Below the pieces are notes generated by a model. It did not search any database. It was not told the origin of the DNA and was given only the letters and a program-made list of their open reading frames with translations. A stretch of 64,000 nt of DNA, taken from the NCBI GenBank assembly GCA_964035545.1, contig OZ037767.1:17667781-17731780 (forward strand). The letters run 5' to 3'. Positions 43,401-55,000 of this stretch are shown here, one piece after another. This DNA is from Bugula neritina (Eukaryota; Animalia; Bryozoa). Made by a program: the position numbers and the translations under genes. How positions within the stretch are numbered: position 1 is the stretch's first letter; every line of letters starts with the position of its first letter.

Positions 43401-46400
43401 TAAAACTTATGTTCTCAAAGATAGATTCGACTATTTCAAGCCAAATGTTCAGGTATGTCGATAAAGCGATGAAAATGCCAAAGTTTTGAGATTATTGTTG
43501 ATCGATGTGAAGGTCGTATGAAGGTCATATATTTTAAAGGTTGAAATGGACCATCCAGATAAGCAAGACACTGTGACTGAGGTTTATATTCGAGGGTGGA
43601 AGATTGATGATACAATGATGAACATCTTCGGACAGTGCTGGGCCAATATTGAGAGACTACATACAGTAAAGTAAGTCTATTTCAACTTACATATTATATA
43701 GTAAGTCTACTTCAACTTTCATATTATATAGTAAGTCTACTTCAACTTACATATGATATAGTAAGTCTATTTCAACTTACATATGATATAATAAGTCTAT
43801 TTCAACTTACATATGATATAGTAAGTATACCTCCACTTACATATGATATAGTAAGTATGCCTCCACTTACATATGATATAGAAAGTGTAAAGTTGCATTG
43901 TGTTGCAGTTTATGGAATGCTGGTTTAACTGAGGAGAGTCTGCGACTACTCGGACACTTTCTGCCCACCTGCGCCAACTTGAAAACTCTGTTTATAGAAG
44001 GAAACGTACCAGCTATCCCAGCGGAGAATTTCCATGTGCTGATAGTGGAAGACAGCCTCCTTGTGAATCTCAACCTGCGTCACAACGGCATCACAGACGT
44101 TGGCGCTCAGAACATCAGCAAAGCCTTGGGCTCTTATAAAGGGTCCAACACTAAACTCGTATCATTAAATCTTACAGGAAACAAGATCGGTGACAATGGG
44201 GCTAAGGCTTTAGCCGGGGTAAATATGATGAGATTCTAAGTGAGTGAGACTGAGAGCTAGTGATAGGACTAGAAGTGAGTGAGACTGAGAGCTAGTGATA
44301 GGACTACAAGTGAGTGAGACTGAGAGCTAGTGATAGGACTACAAGTGAGTGAGACTGAGAGCTAGTGATAAGACTACAAGTGAGTGAGACTGAGGGATAG
44401 TGATTACAGAGTAGACACTTGTGCTTTAACCTTCAATTATATTTTTTCTCCAGGCTTTGCGAATGAATAGAACTCTACTCAGCCTCTCGCTGGCCCAAAA
44501 TCAAGTTACTGACATCGGGGCCGCAGAGCTTGCCACGGCACTCAAATGTTTTCCTTTGACCCACGAGGAGGTCGTAGAAAGAAGGAAATTGAAGTCAGAC
44601 AAAGTGGGCGGGTCAGATGGCGGCAAGTCTCCGCCCCCAAGTCGCCGAGCAGACAGCAAAGACCGACCGGGTAGTCACCGTAGCAACAGCCATCTTGGAA
44701 AAGACAAGAGAGATAAATCCTCTAAAAAGAAGGTACTGAGTACGTGAGTACTGAGTACTGAGTACGTGAGTACTGAGTACGTGAGTACTGAGTACGTGAG
44801 TACGTGAGTACTGAGTACGTGAGCACTGAGTACGTGAGCACTGAGTACTCACGTACTCAGTACGTGAGTACTGAGTACGTGAGTACTGAGTACGTGAGTA
44901 CTGAGTACTGAGTACGTGAGTACTGAGTACTGAGTACGTGAGTACTGAGTGGTTATACAGACAGACTAGTATTATTCTGTGGTAAATGTTATATTGTATG
45001 GAGTTGTCTATTTACAGGATGAAAAGGCTGATACTAAAGGACAGACAAAAGGAAAGAAAGACTCTGATAAAGCTCAAGCTGGTAAGAAGGACGGCACCAA
45101 AGGGGGCAAAGGTCAGTATTTAGTTATTATTTAGACAGTGCAATACACTATATGTATATAATACCTAGTATACAGTGTATACTATACGTAGGACACTATA
45201 CAATATATAAACACTGTCTAGCTGCATATATATTATACAGCAGCAGCTGATGGCACCAAAGCTACTACCAAAGGTGCTAAAGACAAGAAAGGCACAAAAG
45301 GGCAAGCTAAGGGGGCAGCACCAAATGATCCAGAGGTAACTAGCTAATTCGGTAGCGGTAGTAGTACTAGTAGTAGTAGTAGTAGAAGTAGTAGTGGTAG
45401 TAGTAGTGGTAGTAGTAGTGGTGGTAGTAGTAGTGGTAGTGGTAGTAGTAGCGGTAGTATTAGTAGTAGCAGTAGTGGTACTAGTAGTAGCAGTAGTAGT
45501 ATTAGTAGTGGTACTAGTAGTAGCAGTAGTAGTATTAGTAGTGGTACTAGTAGTAGCAGTAGTAGTAGTAGTAGTGGTACTAGTAGTAGTAGTAGTAGTA
45601 GTAGCAGTAGCAGCAGTAGTAGTAGTGGTAGTGGCAGTGGCAGCGGTAGCGGTAGTAGTAGTAGTAGTAGTAGCAGTAGCAGCAGTAGCAGTAGTAGTAA
45701 CTATGATGTAATCAATGTGTACTCATATAAATGTTCATTGTTGTATTTATTTCATTTTATAATGTACAACCATTTGTTTGAAGTTTTGATAATGACCAAA
45801 AATAAGTTGTCTGGTCAGTTACTATGAAATGGAACTGCATTTTCAGATTGCAAGTAGAGAATCTTTTCCTTTTTGGTTGAAATGTAATTTATTTGATGTC
45901 CTGTTCTGTTCTAGACCAGTGTTTCGGTAACAACTCTCAATATTTCACTTTCTCTATCATTTGTATTGTTTATTTTATACCTACTAACTGTTTGTGACCC
46001 CCTTGGATTAATAAGAGTGTAGACTGAGAGTATATACTGAGAGTATAGACTGAGAGCGTAGACGGAGAGCGCAGACTGAGAGTATAGACTGAGAGAGTAT
46101 AGACTGAGAGAGTGTAGACTGAGAGTATAGAGTGCCCCGCCTTCATGTTCTATGAACTTAATAAATATAATTTTCATATTCTATTGTTCTGCAACTTTAT
46201 TGTTTGGAAACTTTGTATGCTTCAGATAAAGTGACTGCCATATTATTTTGTATTGTGGAGAATAATTTCACAGTAATATTACGTGCTCTGTCATACTACA
46301 CTGTCTTAGCATGAATAATATGTTTGTCAGGTGGAAGGCAGTAAGACAAAGGTATTACTTCTATTCATTGTGATGGTTAACCACTTCAGTTGTGTTGTAC

Positions 46401-47137
46401 ACTATCTACCTATCAACACATCACAATATTACTACATTTCCTTCATCACACACTCCTCTATTTGATCAACATTCATTACAAATTTTTAGTTATTAGTTAT
46501 GGTTTTTAGTTAATAATAAATTTTAGGGTTTGCACCTTTACGATGTTGCCACTGTACTTTATTTGTTATAATCATTAAGATAGTGTAATGTGTTTTAGTA
46601 TTTCTTTCTGTCAGAAAGTTGTAATATCCAACATCCACTCTTCTTTGTGCATAATTTCCTGTGTCCCTCACCCTTTCTTCACTATTGGCCACAAAACACA
46701 AGCTGTATTTATCTGCTACATTATAACATACTGCATTTCCCAGTGTCTCATTCATTTCTAAACAGAGATCCTTCATAACAACTATTCCAATTTCTGATAT
46801 TGCCAGTATAATCTCTCAATTTTACTGCAAAATTGCAGACGTGTTAGCTTTTCTATTGCACTGAGTTGTGTTATTAGACTGTGCTCAATCCTTGCATGTG
46901 TACGGGTGGGTATCTAGTGCCACCTCATTTCTAAAAGTGTGCTGTTATTTCTATAGCCAGAAACCTCAGACCTACTCAGCCCGCTAATGGAAGCTGCAGA
47001 GAGTATCGACAATCAACTGTGGATTCCTGGCAATCGAGTTCTTATTAATTTAAATCTTCAACGTAAGTATTCTTGTAGTGATAGTAGTACTAGTAGTAGT
47101 ATTAGTATTAGTGGTAGTAGTGGTGGTGGTAGTAGTG

Positions 47138-47168
<31 letters not shown>

Positions 47169-48446
47169 CAGTGGTAGTGATGGTGGTAGTAGTAGTGGTA
47201 GTAGTAGTGGTAGTACTAGTACTAGTAGTAGTAGTAGCAGTACTGGTAGTAGTAGTAGTAGTAGTGGTGGTGGTGGTAGTAATAGTAGTAGTACTGGTAG
47301 TGATGGTGATAGTAATTGTATAATTTTCTAGCAGGAATACTAGCTTAAATAATAGTTATAGCAATAGTAACATTTATAGTGAACACCTATGCTAGCATAA
47401 TGTCTCTTATTATGGTTGCAGGAAATAGAATTGGAGTGACAGGAGTTAACGCATTTAAACTAGCCATACAATATCAGGATACTATACTAAGTGACTCTCC
47501 CAAGAGTCATGGTACTGGACTCATGAGACTCATCATTAATGTGAGTTTATTCACCAGTCAGTGTGAGTGCATCACCAGTCAGTCAATGTGAATGTATCAG
47601 TCAGTTAATGTGAGTGTATCAGTCAGTGTGAGTGCATCAGTCAATGTGAATGTATCAATCAGTCAGTGTGAGTGCATCAGTCAATGTGAATGCATCAGTC
47701 AGTTAGTGTGAGTGTATCAGTCAGTCAGTGTGAGTGTATCAGTCAGTTAGTGTGAGTGTATCAATTAGTCAGTGTGAGTGTATCAATCAGTCAGTTAGTG
47801 TGAGTGTATCAGTCAGTGTGAGTGCATCAGTCAGTCAGTGATACTCATAAATATATTTATTTGTGTTTCAACACTGTGTGCAGTCTGAGGACCTGTGTCA
47901 TGGTGCTCTGTCTTACAAGTTAGCTGAAGCTGAGGCTCAGAGGTTGGAAGCTTCCGCCACCGTCCCCTATAAACTACCTGTTGCTGCCTCTACAACTAGA
48001 CACTCAACGGCTGTTAGAGATAAACCTCTCAGTAATGATCTCACCTCTCTTCATTTCTCTTCCTTATTGTTTAATGTTGCTGTTGATTGTTCCTGTTCAC
48101 TCCACACATCCAAACTCTACTTTCTCATGCAATCACTTTGATCTTATACACTCACCTTGACCTTATACACTCACCTTGACCTTATACAATCACCTTGACC
48201 TCATGCAATCATGTCGATATAGCTTCCGCCATGTTTATTGGCAGGGCCACCTGGCGCATTCAGATTGTCCTGTGTCTCAGTTGGACATTTAACATCGACT
48301 TGTAATTGTTACAGAAAAACTTAATAGACGCCAGTTGTGAGGAGCTGAAAGGGCTGACAGAGTTGATGCTGAAGAGAGACCCGTTCTACAAGCCGTCTGC
48401 TACACCAGATCCCGACCAGGAAACTCCCCCAGAGAAGACGCGCTAG
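40495..48446 (+). CDS. LRRC71: Leucine-rich repeat-containing protein 71-like. Exons: 40495-40542, 40761-40894 (candidate N-terminal extension), 42319-42431, [42537-42548], 43040-43186, 43304-43452, 43540-43670, 43909-44218, 44454-44732, 45018-45111, 45241-45335, [45915-45926], [46331-46351], 46957-47062, 47422-47540, 48315-48446; bracketed exons are candidate micro-exons; alternative start MGKKVE at 42344
   Basis: EPYVCTGKFLDDFSELC, YFKPNVQVEMDHPD..VTEVYIRGWKID, NLWNAGLT, ribonuclease-inhibitor-type LRRs (LNLRHNGITDVGA, LNLTGNKIGDNGAKALA, ALRMNRTLLSLSLAQNQVTDIGA), FPLTHEEVVERRKL, Lys-rich linker, IPGNRVLINLNLQRNRI; splice phases consistent. Confidence 0.85.
40541..40735. repeat. 19-bp minisatellite (CA|GTAATATACTCTAGTAA) beginning at a candidate donor
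   Basis: About 10 copies between donor 40543 and acceptor 40760. Confidence 0.85.
43671..43880. repeat. 30-bp minisatellite whose unit begins with the donor GTAAGT
   Basis: Seven copies of GTAAGTCTATTTCAACTTACATATTATATA. Confidence 0.92.
44238..44404. repeat. Intronic 35-bp minisatellite (AAGTGAGTGAGACTGAGAGCTAGTGATAGGACTAC)
   Basis: About 5 copies. Confidence 0.88.
44733..44950. repeat. 7/8-bp repeat (GTACTGA/GTACGTGA) starting at donor +1, with a short inverted segment
   Basis: Directly visible. Confidence 0.9.
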
Positions 48447-49081
48447 TATCAGCATCTTCCTAGTAACTCTCACCTAACGGTCTCTCTGTCAGTGACTGGT
48501 TATATTGCTTGGGCTACTGATAATCTAATCAGGTTTTTATTTCTCAAAGTTTACATATTGTGTTACTAATAATTATTTATTTGCTTTTCAGTTTAATATT
48601 TATTGAATAAATATTAGTAAAATATATCAACAAAGTGACATAGTTATGTATATAGCATGAAACTGTAAAGTTTTAAAAAGTTTAAAGTATATCTTTTAAG
48701 AATGAACAATTATGTAAAATGAAGCTAGTGTTAATATATAGATAGACACTACATGCATATTTTTGGCATAAATGATTATTGACCACCACCATAACCACCT
48801 AGTCTAAATACTATTGTAACTACCTGTCATAAGTACCTAGAATACCAGTGTGTTGCTAGTTTGAGTTACACCACCAACTAGTATAGAGTATAAATGTTAT
48901 GTAGATGCAAGAATATTGAATATATGCAGAACTTAGCAATGTAAGGATCAAATGTCCTCAAAACACACAGTTCTAGCCTCTAGGTAATGCTTAGTAAGTA
49001 ACACAGTGGGATGAGATTTACCAAGACCTTGTGGCAAGTCATAATACTAAGCGAGTTGGTGAGTCATGAGAGAATAATTCT

Positions 49082-52000
49082 TTACTGCGCTGCCAGTAAA
49101 CAGGAGCGGCAGCAATAGATTCTGTAAACTGGATGGGAACAGAAGTTGTACTTAACAATGAGACGGCAATCGGCGAGATCTGTGTTGTCCTGGCAGGAGG
49201 GAGGTATGGTGGATTGTGTGACCTTGATAGTAGTGGTCACAGAGACAGCTTCATACTGATTACTAGCAATGCAAGTGTAAAACCCGCTGTCCCCTTCTCT
49301 TACGCTGCTTATACTCAGTCTATTCACTACAACATACACAGTACTTATACTCAGTCTATTCACTACAATACACACTACTTATACTCAGTCTATTCACTAC
49401 AATATACACACTACTTATACTCAGTCTATTCACTACAACATACACACTACTTATACTCAGTCTATTCACTACAACATACACACTGCTTATACTGTCTATT
49501 CACTATAATATACACTACTTATACTCAGTCTATTCACTACAACATACACACTACTTATACTCAGTCTATTCACTACAACATACACTACTTATACTCAGTC
49601 TATTCACTACAACATACACACTACTTATACTCAGTCTACTCACTACAATATACACACTACTTATACTCAGTCTATTCACTACAACATACACAGTACTTAT
49701 ACTCAGTCTATTCACTACAATACACACTACTTATACTCAGTCTATTCACTACAATATACACACTACTTATACTCAGTCTATTCACTACAATATACACTAC
49801 TTATACTCAGTCTATTCACTACAATATACACACTACTTATACTCAGTCTATTCACTACAACATACACACTACTTATACTCAGTCTATTCACTACAACATA
49901 CACACTGCTTATACTGTCTATTCACTACAACATACACAGTACTTATACTCAGTCTATTCACTACAACATACACACTGCTTATACTCAGTCTATTCACTAC
50001 AACATTCACTACTTATACTCAGTCTATTCACTACAATATACACTACTTATACTCAGTCTATTCACTACAATATACACTACTTATACTCAGTCTATTCACT
50101 ACAATATACACACTACTTATACTCAGTCTATTCACTACAACATACACACTACTTATACTGTCTATTCACTATAACATACACTACTTATACTCAGTCTATT
50201 CACTACAACATACACAGTACTTATACTCAGTCTATTCACTACAACATACACACTGCTTATACTCAGTCTATTCACTACAACATTCACTACTTATACTCAG
50301 TCTATTCACTACAACATACACACTACTTATACTCAGTCTATTCACTACAACATACACTACTTATACTCAGTCTATTCACTACAACATACACACTACTTAT
50401 ACTCAGTCTACTCACTACAATATACACACTACTTATACTCAGTCTATTCACTACAATACACACTACTTATACTCAGTCTACTCACTACAACATACACACT
50501 ACTTATACTCAGTCTATTCACTACAACATACACACTACTTATACTCAGTCTACTCACTACAATATACACACTACTTATACTCAGTCTACTCACTACAACA
50601 TACACACTACTTATACTCAGTCTATTCACTACAATATACACACTACTTATACTCAGTCTATTCACTACAACATACACACTACTTATACTCAGTCTACTCA
50701 CTACAATATACACACTACTTATACTCAGTCTATTCACTACAACATACACACTACTTATACTCAGTCTATTCACTACAACATACACACTACTTATACTCAG
50801 TCTATTCACTACAACATACACACTACTTATACTCAGTCTATTCACTACAACATACACACTACTTATACTCAGTCTATTCACTACAATATACACACTACTT
50901 ATACTCAGTCTATTCACTACAACATATACACTACTTATACTCAGTCTATTCACTACAGCATACACAAACTACTACCTATGTTGAAAGTTGATGAAATGAA
51001 CAAGCTACTTAAAGAGTCAAAGAAGAGACAAAACTCACAAGTCATGCTGACCCTGGGGTCATAAGGCAACACCTGATCATTCTTGAGCCACTCAACTTTA
51101 GCGACAGGGTAGCCGGAGGTGTGACAGGTGAGAGTGAGATTGTCAGAGACTGAGTACTTCTTACTGTGGTTAGCAAACTCAGCTGTTAGTGACTCTGTGA
51201 GTAGATATAGAACATTCTACTGGGTATACTGACTGTATATACTATAGATATAGAACATTCTACTGGGTATAGTGACTGTATATACTATAGATATAGAACA
51301 TTCTACTGGGTATAGTGACTGTATATAATATAGATATAGAACATTCTACTGGGTATAGTGACTGTATATACTATAGATATAGAACATTCTACTGGGTATA
51401 GTGACTGTATATAATATAGATATAGAACATTCTACTAGGTATAGTGACTGTATATACTATAGATATAGAACATTCTACTAGGTATAGTGACTGTATATAC
51501 TATAGATATAGAACATTCTACTGGGTATAGTGACTGTATATAATATAGATATAGAACATTCTACTGGGTATAGTGACTGTATATACTATAGATATAGAAC
51601 ATTCTACTAGGTATAGTGACTGTATATAATATAGATATAGAACATTCTACTAGGTATAGTGACTGTATATACTATAGATATAGAACATTCTACTGGGTAT
51701 AGTGACTGTATATACTATAGATATAGAACATTCTACTGGGTATAGTGACTGTATATACTATAGATATAGAACATTCTACTGGGTATAGTGACTGTATATA
51801 CTATAGATATAGAACATTCTACTGGGTATAGTGACTGTATATACTATATATATAGAACATTCTACTGGGTATAGTGACTGTATATAATATAGATATAGAA
51901 CATTCTACTAGGTATAGTGACTGTATATAATATAGATATAGAACATTCTACTAGGTATAGTTACTGTATATAATATAGATATAGAACATTCTACTGGGTA

Positions 52001-55000
52001 TAGTGACTGTATATAATATAGATATAGAACATTCTACTGGGTATAGTGACTGTATATACTATAGATATAGAACATTCTACTAGGTATAGTGACTGTATAT
52101 AATATAGATATAGAACATTCTACTAGGTATAGTGACTGTATATAATATAGATATAGAACATTCTACTAGGTATAGTTACTGTATATAATATAGATATAGA
52201 ACATTCTACTGGGTATAGTGACTGTATATAATATAGATATAGAACATTCTACTAGGTATAGTGACTGTATATACTATAGATATAGAACATTCTACTAGGT
52301 ATAGTGACTGTATATACTATAGATATAGAACATTCTACTGGGTATAGTGACTGTATATACTATAGATATAGAACATTCTACTGGGTATAGTGACTGTATA
52401 TACTATAGATATAGAACATTCTACTAGGTATACTGACTGTATATACTATAGATATAGAACATTCTACTGGGTATAGTGACTGTATATACTATAGATATAG
52501 AACATTCTACTGGGTATAGTGACTGTATAGACTTTATATATAGAACATTCTACTGGGTATAGTGACTGTATATACTATAGATATAGAACATTCTACTGGG
52601 TATAGTGACTGTATATACTATAGATATAGAACATTCTACTAGGTATAGTGACTGTATATAATATAGATATAGAACATTCTACTGGGTATAGTGACTGTAT
52701 ATACTATAGATATAGAACATTCTACTGGGTATAGTGACTGTATATACTATAGATATAGAACATTCTACTAGGTATAGTGACTGTATATAATATATATATA
52801 GAACATTCTACTAGGTATAGTGACTGTATATAATATAGATATAGAACATTCTACTGGGTATACTGACTGTATAGACTTTATATATAGAACATTCTACTGG
52901 GTATAGTGACTGTATATACTATAGATATAGAACATTCTACTGGGTATAGTGACTGTATATACTATAGATATAGAACATTCTACTGGGTATAGTGACTGTA
53001 TAGACTATAGATATAGAACATTCTACTGGGTATAGTGACTGTATATACTATAGATATAGAACATTCTACTAGGTATAGTGACTGTATATACTATAGATAT
53101 AGAACATTCTACTGGGTATAGTGACTGTATATACTATAGATATAGAACATTCTACTGGGTATAGTGACTGTATATAATATAGATATAGAACATTCTACTG
53201 GGTATAGTGACTGTATATAATATAGATATAGAACATTCTACTGGGTATACTGACTGTATATACTATAGATATAGAACATTCTACTAGGTATAGTGACTGT
53301 ATATAATATAGATATAGAACATTCTACTGGGTATAGTGACTGTATATACTATAGATATAGAACATTCTACTAGGTATACTGACTGTATATACTATAGATA
53401 TAGAACATTCTACTAGGTATAGTGACTGTATATACTATAGATATAGAACATTCTACTAGGTATAGTGACTGTATATAATATATATATAGAACATTCTACT
53501 AGGTATAGTGACTGTATATAATATATATATAGAACATTCTACTAGGTATAGTGACTGTATATAATATAGATATAGAACATTCTACTAGGTATAGTGACTG
53601 TATATAATATATATATAGAACATTCTACTAGGTATAGTGACTGTATATAATATAGATATAGAACATTCTACTGGGTATAGTGACTGTATATAATATAGAT
53701 ATAGAACATTCTACTGGGTATAGTGACTGTATATACTATAGATATAGAACATTCTACTAGGTATAGTGACTGTATATAATATAGATATAGAACATTCTAC
53801 TAGGTATAGTGACTGTATATAATATAGATATAGAACATTCTACTAGGTATAGTGACTGTATATAATATATATATAGAACATTCTACTAGGTATAGTGACT
53901 GTATATAATATAGATATAGAACATTCTACTGGGTATAGTGACTGTATATAATATAGATATAGAACATTCTACTGGGTATAGTGACTGTATATACTATAGA
54001 TATAGAACATTCTACTGGGTATAGTGACTGTGTATACTATAGATATAGAACATTCTACTAGGTATAGTGACTGTATATAATATAGATATAGAACATTCTA
54101 CTGGGTATAGTGACTGTATATACTATAGATATAGAACATTCTACTGGGTATAGTGACTGTATACCTCGAACAGTCACAGTGTAAGTCTTAGAGGCCGAGC
54201 TGATCTTATTCCGTGCTATACACACATAGTCTCCTGTGTCCAACCCGTCAACAGAAAAGATGGTCAGGATTTGCCCTCTCTCTGACATGGAGTATTTCCC
54301 AGCAGAGGGAGCTAGTAGTTCCCCCTGAAACACCCACATTATCTGAGGGGGAGGAGAGCCCTGGGCATTGCAGTGAATATGAAGAGTAGAGTTACGCTCC
54401 CCTGTGATATCTGTTGCGCCATCTTTGATATACACCCCGACTAAAACATTACATACTATATAACACAGTATACTACATACTATATTACATTTATACACTA
54501 TATGACACAGTATACTACATAATATATTACATGTATACACTATATAACATAATATATTACATGTATACACTATATAACATAATATATTACATGTATACAC
54601 TATATAACACAGTATACTACATAATATATTACATGTATACACTATATAGCATACTATATAACAGGCTGTATAATATCTCACCCAGAACTTTCACTGTCAA
54701 GTGTTCATACACAGGGTCGCCAACCCCATTAGAAGCTCTGCAGATATACTCTCCCCTGTCTCTCGGCTGCAGATCTCTTACCGTCAGACTGAAGTTGGAG
54801 TCGGAGAGGAAGTATTTGTTAGTCTCGGAGTTGACAGCCAGAGGTTTCCTGTTCTTGTACCAGACTACAGAAGGTGAAGGTCGACCTCTGGCATCACATG
54901 GCAGCGTGAGGTCATAGCCAACACTCCCTGAGAACTGAGAGCCAACGCCTTGTCCTCTTGTGATGGAGGCGGGATACTCTGTGAATACGACATATTCTGT

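Noticed and set aside
46510-46776. 88-aa minus-strand ORF
   Set aside because: AT-rich, no motifs or splice support.
47863-48141. 92-aa plus-strand ORF in the last LRRC71 intron
   Set aside because: No acceptor AG at the expected position and no recognisable motif; LRRC71 closes in phase without it.
49133-51064. 643-aa plus-strand ORF
   Set aside because: Antisense translation of the 31/33-bp repeat; no domain signal.
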